From: Anthoceros angustus | Lineage: Eukaryota; Plantae; Anthocerotophyta | Direction of reading: 5' to 3' | Assembly: GCA_010909165.1 (NCBI GenBank) | Contig: MU008222.1 | Span: forward strand, 105,965 to 169,964 | DNA length: 64,000 bases | Shown here: positions 36,401-48,831 of the stretch, in pieces | Position numbering within the stretch: position 1 is the stretch's first letter | How the letters are laid out: every line of letters begins with the position of its first letter | Notes under the pieces: model-generated | The model's input: the letters and a program-made list of their open reading frames with translations, nothing else | The model's database searches: none | What the model was told of the DNA's origin: nothing | Position numbers and translations under genes: made by a program

Positions 36401-36500
36401 GAATGCAGTCAAAGCTAACACTGAAAGAGGTTGATCATCGGAAGTGGACAAACTAGGACATGAAGCCGGACTACGGTGCATGGATTTGCTTGTTGGATAG
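30492..36500 (-). pseudogene. Copia gag-pol polyprotein (RT-RH segment duplicated), frameshifted
   Basis: Gag DRFNGTKYP; protease WYLDSGATTHICND; INT LRTDN and PYTQQQNGVAERKN; RT LYVDDV; RH CDNMSALAL..HARTKHIEIQHHYVRD. Confidence 0.92.
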
Positions 36501-38745
36501 ATGCTAACATTGACTAGCTCATGTGAGGCTATCGATTCTTTGTTATGGGCGTGAAAGAACCTCACATAGCTGTGGTTTATGACCTTGAGAGTTGATTGGT
36601 AGGCCCCATCATGAATTCTGCCCAGCAATTATTATTGATATATGTATATACCTTGCTCAAAGTTATTGATCAGCGATGGGGGAGTGAGCGGTGTAGGCGA
36701 TCGTGCAGAAATGGACCAGTGCATGGGATGTAGATGCACTAAGGCCATCTCTTGAACCTCACCATGTTCAGTGGCACTGCGAAGATCATTAGCGTCAGCG
36801 TCTGATCGACAATGAGTTCGTGATTGGCAAACCCTATCATCGAGTTTTTTTTGAAGCAGAAGGTTCTTGGGTGGGGCAGCGAGGAGGCTTCAGGGTTGGC
36901 GAAGGCGATCTCTTGCAGGAACCCGAAGGGTGGTGGCCGGATCGCACAGCCCTCTCCACTGATCGACAACGCTATGACATCCTCACACTCGCGTCGTTTG
37001 ACAATGGTTCGATGACGGAGGAAACCGCTGATAGGCCCAGTTCTCTTGATACGGCTCCAGGCTCCGCGACCTATATCCTCAGATTTCAAGGCTGAGATGG
37101 TTTCTCGAGAGGGTTGGTAATCTTGCGATGTCCTCTTCAAATACATGTAAATGTGTCGACTTGTGTCCTAGTGCTCAGTGATTTCAGACTATCTTGTTTC
37201 AACCTAAGTTGCCCATGTAATAGGTAGCAATGACAAGGTGATTGACTTCTGCAACCTGAATTGCTCCGCTCTTGGAGAGGCGTGAGAGTTATTCTACCTT
37301 AATGCTCTCGGTTGGCCTAGATATTAATGCCTATCCTTGTTGTCCACGAGATCCCGGGGCGATACGGAGGAGAGTGTCAACTCGAGAGAATTCTCGGTCT
37401 TTCACATGTAGAGCAAGTGCGGGATTACGCCTCTCTGTTCTAGCGATTATACAATGCCGGTAGCGGTCAGGTGCGTGATTGTGGCCAGGGTTTTACGTGT
37501 GTGTGAGCTAAGTATCGAGGTGTCTATCAACAAAGTTTCTTAGCGAGGAGGGTTACGAGGTATTCAAGTTACATTAGAGGTCGAGCTTTGATTTTGGTAA
37601 GGCGGGCATTGCAGGTGGCCAGGCGAGTATGTGTCCACGATAATGCAAATGCGTCGCTCTCTGCGGTGCGATCATGCGATTGCCATTCTCGGCGGGGCAT
37701 TTCACGAATTTAGATGGTAGGCGGAGGTGCTGCTCACGATACCATCATTGATTTTCTAATCAGGAGATGTAAAAACAAAAGCGGAACTTTGCATAATAGA
37801 CCAAGCATTTTTAACAACAGTGTGTGTTGCCCTTTTGTAGCAATACAGCTAGCATGATTCTCCTAACCCTGGTTAGATTTAGCAACCCAGTCGGCTTTTA
37901 TCTCAACGATCATGTTGAAGAAGAGTGAAAGCCTTCTTCTGTCTTTGGAAGATTCCGGAAACCATGCTGCAGGCTATGCCTCCTAATGCCAAAAGAATCG
38001 TTTCAAGAAGGCGTGTCACGATTCTTCTTGATCTGGGAAGAGGAGAATAGGAGAGGTCTTGGAGCACTTGTTGCGCCCTTTCGTCTCTGGCTAGTGCAAG
38101 GGAGGGGTGTAAGCGTTTCTCATGCGTGAGCCCCACTAAGATGCTATTTGAAGCCTTGAGACGCATGTATTGCATTAGATGCAGTATGAAAAATTGAAGA
38201 CAAAGTCCTGGTGATGCTGCTCCTTGGGGACGAGACAAGCCAAACCATGTCAAAAAATCCACACCGCCCTTGGTGCGATTGCGTGGATTTGCGGACCTTC
38301 CAAACGGGGTATTTAGTCCCATTGAATCGGTCCTTCTCCTTCAGGTCTGAGGTAAAGCTAACACCTGAAGAGGTTGATGTCGGAAGTGGACCGCTTCCGG
38401 ACATGGTTACTACAGCTGATGACACTGCTTGTTGGATAACTTGCTGTTCGAACTGCTATGTGAGGCTATCAATTGCTGTTGTGGACATGAAAAGACTATC
38501 ACATGCTCATGGTTATGACCAGAGTTAGTTGGTAGCTGTCATGATTCTGCCCAGCAATTATTATTCTGATGTATGTATATGCCTTATGCGTTATTGATCC
38601 AAGCGATGCAGGGGACTGAACGGTGGGCAGTGTTGGGGCGGACCCAGTACATGGAGATGTATAGATCTCGGCCCACCGCCCTCATAGCTGCTCCCGACCA
38701 AGATCGCCAACTATGGCAGCAATGAGTTTCAGCGGTTAGCAAACC

Positions 38746-39093
38746 CTAACTCATCAAGTTTTTTTTTTTTTTGAAAGCGGCGTTACGCCGGCAGAAAGTC
38801 GCGAGGTGGCAAAGGCGTCTCTTGAGAACCCGAAGGGTGGTGAGATCGCGCTTTCCACCGGTCGACAACGCCGACATCCGCGTCGTTTCAAGCAATTTCG
38901 GCAAAGCTTCACCATGAATCGACTTGATGCTCGGGGCTCCCTCCGACAAATATCCTGATTTCAAGGTGAGATGGTTCAGAAGGTTGGTAATCTTGCTGAT
39001 ATCTCTCTTCAAATCTGTGTAGGTAACGTCAAGCTTGTGTCCTAGGCTCGTAGCTCGAATGTCTTGTTTCAAAGATTCATGCCATGACAGCAA
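38746..39093 (-). CDS. Possible upstream ORF in the long Copia 5' leader
   Basis: 115-codon ORF with a heptad-like stretch (LDVTYTDLKRDISKITNLLNHL) between the PBS and gag. The duplicate at ~36800-37200 is corrupted. Confidence 0.25.
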   Translation of the reverse strand: MLSWHESLKQDIRATSLGHKLDVTYTDLKRDISKITNLLNHLTLKSGYLSEGAPSIKSIHGEALPKLLETTRMSALSTGGKRDLTTLRVLKRRLCHLATFCRRNAAFKKKKNLMS

Positions 39094-39522
39094 AGAAGGT
39101 GATTGACTTCAACCTCGCCCAACACCGAGAGCGAGAGGATTATTCTCTGAATGCTCCTGGGCCATTTGTTAATGCCGCCTATCCTTGTTGTCCACAGATC
39201 CAAAGGCGTGGAGGAGAGTGTCAACTCCAGGAATTCCTGCCTTCAGAACAAGTCTGCCCGCCTCTCTGCTCACACGTGCTGCTCCGGTCCTGATCCAGGA
39301 GGGTGGTTTCGTGTGTGAGAGCGGCTAGATCCAGAGTGTCTATCAACAAAGTTTCTTAGCGAGAGGTTCGGGTATCTGTTCAGAGGTCCAGACAATTTAG
39401 GGCGTGCATTGCACCGCGACGGTATGTGTCACGATGGCCACGTACGCTCCTGCGGGTGCCGATCCTTCTGCGATTACCCGACCTCGGCATTTCCTAGGAA
39501 TTTAGATAGTAGGCAGAGCTGT

Positions 39523-39534
39523 GCTCTGATACCA
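39523..39534 (-). other. tRNA-iMet primer-binding site
   Basis: GCTCTGATACCA is the reverse complement of TGGTATCAGAGC and abuts the LTR. A degenerate duplicate is at 37732-37744. Confidence 0.9.
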
Positions 39535-39696
39535 TGTTGATTTTCTAATCAGAGATGTAAAAACAAAAGCAGACTTTGCATAATAGAAAAAGCATTTTTA
39601 ACATAGTGTATGTGCCCTTTTATACTTGACCAACTAACCGCGATTCTCCTAACCCTAGTTAGATTACTTAACCAGAGGTCGGCTTTTATCTCAACG
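39535..39696 (-). repeat. Short (~160 bp) 5' LTR of the Copia element
   Basis: Termini TGTTGA...TCAAC form an inverted repeat; duplicate at 37745-37907. Confidence 0.85.
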
Positions 39697-39697
39697 A

Positions 39698-42415
39698 TAA
39701 GAAGAGTGAAGCTCAGACATCTTGGAAGATTCCCGAAACCATGCCGCGAAGTGCCTCCTAGTACGCCAAAGAATCGTTTCAATAAGAGCGTATGCGGTTC
39801 TTGGATCTGGGAAGAGGAGAATAGGAGAGGTACTTGGAGGCACTTGTTCGCCCGCACAAATACGCTAGTGCAAAGGGGAAGGTGCAAACGTTTCTCATGC
39901 ATCGGCCCCCACTAAGATGCTATTTGAAAGCCTTCAGACGCATGTATTGCATTGGGTCTGCCAGGTATGAAGAATTGAAGATCAGAGTCCTGAGCAATGC
40001 TCCTTGGGACGGGAACAAGCCAAACCCATGTCAAAAATCCACACACGCCCTTGGTGCGATTGCGTGGATGGATGCGACTTTCTTGCATCTCGCTGAGAGG
40101 TTGCCGAATGTTGAAGTCTATAACTTGCCTGATACTTTTACCAAGCATGAAGTTTGGTCACAATACAAGCAGGGGATGGACAAAACAGGCTTGCGGTACA
40201 TTATCATATGCGAACTTCCTCCGATTATGGGAACAGAATTTCCGCGCGTGAAAATTCCCAAGTCAAACAGGTTCTCGACATGTTCCTTATGCACTGGACT
40301 AAAGTATAACATTCGACACACAGAAGCAATACTCGAGCAAGGTACGCCGGTCCATGTTCATGTCTCCCCAATCAAATTGACAGAAACCACTCATTGAGTA
40401 ATACGAGGCAACTGTCCGCTGAAGAAAACTAACTCTTAACTTTATGTTTGCCGATTTGTCTTTCACAGTCAATGTAGCATGTGCTTGTGTGATCTGCTTT
40501 GGTGGCAAGGATGGAAGCCATGTACATGTTATAGAGCAATGCGTACGGGCGCCGGTACGCCGGCGTCCACGACCACTATCATCACACCCGCACGCCGGGG
40601 ACCAATGTGAATCTTGAACGCCGGTATGCCGGCGCCCATCACTGGAATATTCTGTTGTTTGCGAATGGGCCCGCCTCTGTATGTTTCGCAGTGGTATTCC
40701 TCTCAAATCGCCAGCGACAAGTGTTAATCTCATGGTTGTCATTGATTCAGGTGTAGATTTGTCCGTCTTGTATACGACAAGCTTGGCTCTAATCGATGTT
40801 TCCATGGTTGGACGCAGATGTTTACCAAGCTGCATTAGACTCCCATAGAGTCTGTCTTATGAACGAAAGGAAGAAAATGTCAAGCATCAAAAGGGTACAG
40901 TGAATAAATACATATTATTATCAATTGATGGCATGGACCAAGAAAACATCACCATATTACGATGGCCTAAAGACTTGAAGGAGGACAACAAGATCAAGAT
41001 CATGTTGTGGGTTGTATGATCCATAATTATACTCACAAGGCCGAGCTTATCTCCACTATGCGAATCTTCACAATGACGCAACTGACGATTTCGCTGTGAT
41101 GTCATACACACTTACGAGGGCTTCTTCCATCGTTGTATTTTGACAACACGCAAGGAGAATAAGAATCAATTGCTATTTATGCACTTAATATGCTAGTAGA
41201 GTGCAGATTTTCAAAAGGTTAAGGTGGGGTTTCTTCTCGGACACACGCATGACGGGATCGATGTTTTCATGTTTTTCAAAGCATCCAAGCACAAGGAGGC
41301 TGACTTCGCTATGGAGGATATATTGAGAACGGCATACACACCAAACCCAGGTCAAGGTTATCACCGGCGTGCACTTCAACATATGTGTTGCAAAAGGAGC
41401 TGGGCACCAATTTAAAGTCATGGTTACAGCTTGAACAACCTCTCGCTCCAAAGATCTCAAAATTACAAGGAAGACAGTTAGGGGCGCGGAAAATTCTGAT
41501 CATCTGAAGTAAGCGTATTCTACTTCTCCACGGTGGGAAACCGAAGATGGCTTGGAGTTCTTAACGACGCCCATACGTTATTGGACTGCACCATTGATGG
41601 CCCTTCGTGCAAAGACAAAAGGGAGTGAAGGTGGGCTCACGGCATGCAAAGGCGTAGACCACCTACGGAAGGGCTTGCTCAAGCTGCCAACATATTTGAA
41701 TGCGGATGAAGAGGAGTGGTGGATTGAATTACGGAAGGATCGGTGAGATCGCAACTATTGTGGACAACAACATTGGACTAGTCTTGCGAATGAATGGAAA
41801 TGGTATGACAGGACATGGAGTTACTTGTGTCCTGCACGTCGGCGAGGCTATTCTTGACGACATTACTCGAGAAGTACCACAGAGATATGTATTTGGGAGC
41901 TCACCAAAGCTTGCAACGCCAAGAGGAGGTGGCAAGGATGAATGGGGATGTCATGGAGATTGAAGGCATGTTCATTGTCACTCCTTGCGAGGAGACACTC
42001 ATATGAGCATTTTGGGTTGCAAAGGTTGTAAGTGTGCACGAACTCTGCGGACCCTTTCTTACGTGTGCATTGGTGGAGAACAGAGCAGATGCACTTACGA
42101 GGGCAAGTATGTTGGAGATACGTCAGAGAACGAATGGCGACCAAGCACCAAAGATCGAAAGGAAAGGGGAAAAACTCAAGACCTCCAAACATCCAGACAA
42201 TCTTAGATTCGCAAAACGGTTATCGTCTATTATGGGTTCAAGTTGAATTCAAGGAAACATCTATATGCATCAGATAAGAAAGTAATTAGGGAGAAGCTGA
42301 GTGCCCTTAGTCCCCATCTGCAACCATGCACTCCTGATGTCCAAGATGAAAGCGATGACGATTGTAACGAGGAGAAGGAGGTAAATGGAAAAGGTCTAGA
42401 CTCTGGCAAAGAGTG
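39698..42415 (+). pseudogene. Sola-like/DUF7869-type DDE transposase, intron-containing and frameshifted; 5' part probably at ~17500-18488
   Basis: FLRLW..FPRVKIPKSNRFSTCSLC (~40215-40295), SIDGMDQ (~40921-40941), DNT-KENKNQ (~41142-41170), GFLL-GHTHDGID (~41227-41262). Confidence 0.75.
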
Positions 42416-42776
42416 ATCAACCAATCATAATGCAGCAACTCCAATGCCCGGACTTGCATTTCTGTCTTTAGCGTATGCCCATGTAACGATTCTTACATAT
42501 TGGGCATATTGGGGTATTGTCTGTCGGTGAAGGTCATATCTGATCATCGTGGCATAGGCAATGGGCGGCGGCATGCCAGCGCCCATTATTATCTTCGGAC
42601 ATAAGCTATCTATTATATTACACATTTGAATTTCTCCATCTGCATGAATGCAAATCTCGTTTGCCTGCCGTAGTCGTTTCCAGTAAGGGTTTAAACCAAA
42701 CCTGTGCGCTGTTTAGTTATCAGGCTTTGGCATTGTCATTGATTTGAACCTTTGTAGTCAAGACCACTAAAGAGTT

Positions 42777-42798
42777 GGGCGCCGGCATGCCGGCGCCC
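42777..42798. repeat. Perfect 22-bp palindrome GGGCGCCGGCATGCCGGCGCCC
   Basis: Near-copies at 40547-40568, 40617-40637 and 42563-42584; degenerate copies at 15549-15745. Confidence 0.95.
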
Positions 42799-43219
42799 TT
42801 ACCCCTCGCCCGCACTGTGAGCTTCCCCACACATCTTGACACAATAAAGCTCAATGAAGTAGAGCCATGACAAACCCTCAAGGATGGTATTTCGAATCAC
42901 GGGGAGGCTCTCTTCCCCATGTTTCAAATCTCATAATTTAAACTTATCCATATTTCACCTTCCGTCACCCGCACAAATGGCGTACATTATGGATATTATT
43001 TCTAGGAAAACTACTTGACCATGGAAGTCAATGACCATCGCTGAACACTAGAACACATCCGTATATGCTTAGGGCCGTATCTTAGACCCTATTTTTCCAA
43101 AAATTGGCGTTACCATAACGTGCAAAACCCCATTTCACTGCCCATCGAGAAGCCCCTTCACCGTATATGTACCCTATAAGCCCCTTCTTGTATATTGAGC
43201 CGCTTTAAATATTATGCTG

Positions 43220-46200
43220 TTTCAATCGGAGGCAGCCCTTGCCGCGCTACCAGAAAGGAATGCCAGGACTGATCCCCGCTGTTGGACAGTTTGGAGCATT
43301 CGCCAAGTGTATGGAAGGCCGGAGGAGGAGAGCTCAGGAGTCGCTCTCCTCGAGAGAACGAATGGGGGAAAGAGAGCCCCCACCACGGATATTCCTCAAG
43401 AGGTTTTGGATCTCATCGACAGAGGGATGAAGGCCAAAACCAAAAATGGATGGAAGACGGACAGCATCAAGGAGCTCAAGTGGAGACTCTTCGCCAAAAT
43501 TGTCTTGGGCTTGGTGAATTACCAACGCACCTCCTATTTCAGCACCAGCTTCTTACAATTTCTGTAGAAGATCATCAAGGGATCTAAAGCCGAATTAGGG
43601 AACCATCATGTATGAGGCTTATATTCATCACAGGGAGAAGCTTCTCAAGCCCAACACGGTGGATGAAGGAGGTGCAAGGCCTTGCTACCTTAGCACCTAT
43701 TTGGTGCATTTATGGGAGACGGAGGGGCTTTTAACCAGCAAGGAGCTTGAGGATGCTTGGCATCCTTTCGAGATAATACACCTCAAGCCGAGCTTGGAGA
43801 GGTCTCTACCCTTTGCCTTGAGGAAAACCATGGGAGGGCAAACTTCTTCCAGTGCCCCACCACCGAGGTCGAGAATTGAGGAGATAGCGGCCGCACCGGA
43901 AGGATTATCGGAGGTGGAAGATTTTCCCCCACATGAGGAGCAAGAAGGGGGACAAAAGATGCAGGCCAGTGAGGGCCAAGTGGTGGTTTACAAGGGCGCT
44001 CCTACCACGGTAGGAGTTCAGCCTACCACGGTAGGAGGGCAACCTACCGCAGTAGGAGACACACCCCCTACGGTGGGACGGGTTTCGACCATCTTGTGGG
44101 TGCCAAAGGGAGAGGCACCCCGTCAACCTACCACGGTAGGTAGCCAGCCTACCGCGGTAGGAAGGCAGCCTAGGGCGGCAGGGAAGAGGAAGGAAGGACA
44201 GCGCGAGGCGCCGAGGGCCGCGCCTAGGCAGCAACCACCTGCGCCAAGAGAAAGAGGGGATGGAGCGACAGTGCGAGGACCTACCCCACCGCGCGACGAC
44301 CAAGGGGGCCAATAAGAGGGACGCAAGGACGCTGGAGATTTCCAGCAAGAGACCGAAGGGGTCTGAATTGGGACCCCTAAGAGAATTGCTAAGTGTCTGT
44401 GAGGCACTTAGCCAGGTGGACTTGAAGGCGGCAAGAGAAATGGCAGCCTCCCTCCTGGCATGTCAAGAGGAGATCCAGGCGAATAAGGCCCAGGAGATGG
44501 AAGAGAGACGAGTGGGGACCAAGTGGCAGCTGGAGGCCATGGAGTCCGATGAGAAGGCAGCCAAGTTGGAGAAGGCTGTGGAGAAGCTCCAGCAAGATAT
44601 TGTGGACCCTGGCCAGACGAGAGAAGGCCACGGAGGAAGCTGTCCCAGAAGAGAGAGAGAGCTGTCAGAGCCACCGGCCGAGACACATGGGCGAAGGTGG
44701 AGGACCATTTTTCCCAACTAGAGCGGAGGACAAATCAAGCTCTAGGGAGGAAGAAGCGGGTCCAACAAGTGGAGGCACAGGAGCAAGTGTTGGCCACCCA
44801 AGCTATCAGAATCCGGGATGTGGAGGAAGAATTGCGAAAGACCGGTTGAGCTTGGAAGTGAGGAGCACGGAGCTGATCACCCAAGACCTCCAAGTGCAAG
44901 GGCTGGAACGCGAGAAGGATGCTTGGCAAGAAGAGAAGGAGAGGCTTGCCAAGCAAGTGGCAGACCTGGAGCAGAGGAGGGCTCGAGAGGAGGAGCGCCA
45001 CAAGAAAGTGGTCCATAGGTTGCTGGTAGTGAGGAAGAGGTGATTTCGGGCAGATTATGCCCTACAAACAAAGTTGGCTAGCCAACTTAGGGAAGCCAGG
45101 GAGGAGAATGTCGCCCTTCATGTGAGGGTAGGAGAAGTGAATGTGGCCAGGGACGCCTACAGGGATAGGTGTGAGAGTGGAGAATGGCCAACAGAGCTCG
45201 ACGATCTCGAGATGCAGTACTAGAGTTTGGGAGCCCATCTCCATAACCGAGTGCTGAAGGCCAACAATGAGATGTTGCACCTTGCAAAAAGGAGGACTTT
45301 AGGTCCTCATGATGATGATCGCAAGGAATTATTGCAAGTGAGGCCGGAGGCTTCAGATTTTGATGAAGCCACAAGTGACATGGACTCCGAGGAGTCAGAA
45401 GGGGCAGTAGAAGGAGAGGAAGCCGCCATGCCAAGGGAAGGAGATGGTGCAGTGAGCAAGGTAGGCAGTCAGCCTACACTTGCAGGGGGTCAGCCTACCA
45501 CGGTAGGTGACCACCCTACCAGTGAGTAGGCAGCCTCGGTGTGGGGCAGGACCTGAGCGTGGGTCCAAGAAGGCGAGCCATGGGGCCTTCTTGAGGATGG
45601 AAGGGCCGGAGGATCCAGCAACATGCCCCCTAGGATAGATGACAAGTGAGGCCGGAGGCTTCAGATTTTGATGAAGCCACAAGTGACATGGACTCAGGAG
45701 TCGGAAGGCGATGAAGGAGAGGAAGCCGCCATGCCAAGGGAAGGAGATGGTGCAAGTGAGCAAGGTGGGCGGTCACCACACTTGCGGTCACCACCACGGT
45801 GGGTGGTCAACCTACCACGGTGGGTGGTCAACCTACCACGGTGGGGGGCAGGACCTCTGGGCGTGGTCCAAAAAGCAGCCATGGGGCCTTGAGGATGGAA
45901 GGGCAGGATCCGGCAACATGCCCCCTAGGATAGATGACAAGGCGGTGGAGGGAGCAATGCCACGGAGGAGACCAAAGGCAGTCCACGGCTGTCATGGCGG
46001 AAGGGGTGAAATTCCCTCACCCCACGGACAAGGAGGCAGGGACAGGAGGAGTCCGGCCACCTAAAAAGGCTCGGAGGAGTCGGTGGGGAGGACATCATCG
46101 GATTAGGCAGTAGGAAGGATCCTTTGAAATGCTCCATGATAAGTATGGACAAATCAAGCCGGCGAGCAAAGGTAGGAGATCTTGATCCAAGAAGTCTGCG

Positions 46201-48831
46201 CCAATGTGGAGAAAGAGGGATGGAGCGACGGCACGAGGACCTACCCCACCGCTGACGACCAAGGGGCCAATAAGAGGGACGCAAGGCTGGAGATTTCAGC
46301 AAGAGGCCAAGAAAAGGGGTGGGACCCTAAGAGAATTGCTAAGTGTCCATGAGGCACTTAGCTGTGTGGACTTAGGCGGCAAGAGAATGGCAGCCTCCCT
46401 CACAGCATGTCAAGAGGAGATCCAGGCGAATAAGGCCCGTGAGATGGAAGAGAGACAGTGGGGACCAAGTGGCGGAGGCCATGGAGTCCGAGGAGAAGGC
46501 AGCCAAGTTGGAGAAGGCAGAGAAGCTCCGACAAGATATTGTGGACCCTGGCCAGCGAGAGAAGGCCACGGAGGAAGCTGTCCCAAGCAGAAGAGAGAGC
46601 TGTCCGAGCCACCGGCCAGCGAGACACATGGAGGCAGAAGGTGGAGGACCATTTTTCCCAACTAGAGCAGGAGCGGCGGACAAAATCTGAAGCTCTAGGG
46701 AGGAAGAAGCAGGCGGTCCAACAAGTGGAGGCACAGGAGCAAGTGTTGGCCACCCAAGCTATCAGAATCCGGGATGTGGAGGAAGAATTGCGAAAGACCC
46801 GGTTGAGCTTGGAAGTGAGGAGCACGGAGCTGATCACCCAAGACCTCCAAGTGCAAGGGCTGGAACGCGAGAAGGATGCTTGGCAAGAAGAGAAGGAGCT
46901 TGCCAAGCAAGTGGCGCACTGGAGCGGAGGAGGGCTCGAGGAGGCGCCACAAGAAAGTGGTCCATAGGTTGCCGGTAGTGAGGAAGAGGTGATTTCGGGC
47001 AGATTATGCCCTACAAACAAAGTTGGCTAGCCAACTTAGGGAAGCCAGGGAGGAGAATGTCGCCCTTCATGTGAGGGTAGGAGAAGTGAATGTGGCCAGG
47101 GACGCCTACAGGGATAGGTGTGAGAGTGGAGAATGGCCAACAGAGCTCGACGATCTCGAGATGCAGTACTAGAGTTTGGGAGCCCATCTCCATAACCGAG
47201 TGGTGAAGGCCAACAATGAGATGTTGCACCTTGCAAAAAGGGGGACTTTAGGTCCTCATGATGATGATCGCAAGGAATTATTGCAAGTGAGGCCGGAGGA
47301 TTTTGATGAAGCCACAAGTGACATGGACTCAGAGTCGGAAGGCGATGAAGGAGAGGAAGCCGCCATGCCAAGGGAAGGAGATGGTGCGGTGAGCAAGGTG
47401 GGCGGTCACCACACTTCAGGGGTCAACCTACCACGGTGGGTGACCACCCCTACAGGTAGCCTCGGTGTGGGGCAGGACCTCACGTGGGTCCAAGAAGGCG
47501 AGCCATGGGGCCTTGAGGATGGAAGGGCCGGAGGATCCAGCAACATGCCCCCTAGGATAGATGACAAGGCGGTGGAGGGAGCAATGCCACCGGAGGAGAC
47601 CAAAGGCAGTCCACGGCTGTCATGGCGGAAGGGGTGAAATTCCCTCACCCCACGGACAAGGGAGGAGCCGGGACCCGGAGAGGAGTCCAGCACGAAAAAG
47701 GCTCGGAGGAGTCAGTGAGGAGGACATCATCGGTCAGCAAATGGGGAAGGATCCTTTGAAGAAATGCTCCATGATAAGTATGGACAAATCAAACAGCAGG
47801 CAAAGGAGCCGAGGAGATCTTGATCCAAGAAGTCTGCGCCAATGTGGAGGAGAAAAGAGAGCAACAGGGGAGAAAAAGAACCAACCTACCACGGTAGGTG
47901 GTCAACCTACCCCGGTAGGTTGCCAGCCTACCACGGTAGGGTGACCTTTGAAGAGGCGTGGCCAGCCAACAGAGGCGAGAAGATAGGCCGTTTGGAGCAT
48001 GAGGAAGGGGCGCGACTAACTGAAGGATAAATGGGCGGGCGCGCGATGAGGAAGCGGGAAGGGGCAAGAAGATTCTTGCCCACAAGTCGAGAAAAGGCGG
48101 CAGGCGGGAAGGTCGGGACAAAAGGGATGAGAAGACCAACCAGGAGGGAACTCGTCACCACTCCAGCAAGATAAGGACCCAAATTGGTCAATGACCATAA
48201 ATGTACTTTGGAAAGTGGGAAGGATAGGTGGCATAGGCTGAAGTTATTTAAAGGTTGACATATGTGAACTTGCTAGAATGGAATTTCCACACGGACCCCA
48301 GGCAATTGTGCCGTAAGGGCGAGTCAGAATTAATGAGCCAGTAAACGGTGTTAGAGTAGGAGATCGTGGAAGGAGAAAGGTTAGATGAGTAGAGAAGAGA
48401 AGAGCGTTGTTGGTTGAGAAGGTTGAGACGAGAATTGGAGTGTAGAAAGAGTGGAAGGCCAAAAGCAGAGCCTATGGGATGAATCCCAAATTTGCAGTAA
48501 GAGGGCGCTCCCTGTGTGGAAGATTGGTCTTAGGAGTAGGGGCTGAGTGCCCGGTGTGGGTTAGGGGTCCACAGGCGCCGTGGCGCTCCTTCGCTAAGAC
48601 ATGACACCACCCAATTGTGTTGTGTCGTTGTAAATTAAGTGGTGAATTTCCGAGGCGGTCGGTGGTGCAGTGTTGTGAGGCGGAGTAGTGTATAGGCTGC
48701 GGTGATTGATTTCCCAAGATCCGACCGTTCCCACAAGTCTCATGGGACGAAACCCAACTTATGAAACGACAGTGGGATAAGTGTGGCCACTAGAGGGTGA
48801 ATCTCGGAAGCCCCGTGATTTTCCTCCCACA
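43220..48831 (+). mobile_element. 3' half of a third Athila-like element (ORF-X with internal duplications, internally deleted LTR ~48200-48831)
   Basis: DPRCWT, RGMKAKTKNGW, KWRLFAKIVLGLV, PTTVG repeats and coiled coil. The LTR is homologous to 9760-10778 and ends CCTCCCACA. Confidence 0.85.

Larger units (their letters stand above)
18489..39696 (-). mobile_element. Ty1/Copia LTR retrotransposon with a split 3' LTR and local duplications
   Basis: 5' LTR 39535-39696 lies next to a tRNA-Met PBS. 3' LTR halves are at 18489-18563 and 27758-27920 with the PPT complement CTCCTCT. Domain order is gag-PR-INT-RT-RH. Confidence 0.85.
14750..43220. mobile_element. Reconstructed DNA transposon (Sola-like/DUF7869-type DDE transposase plus divergent ParB-like gene) interrupted by nested Copia and Gypsy insertions
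   Basis: Removing the Copia element (18489-39696) joins 14750-18488 to 39697-43220. Both sides carry the GGGCGCCGGCATGCCGGCGCCC-type palindrome. Termini were not identified. Confidence 0.55.
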
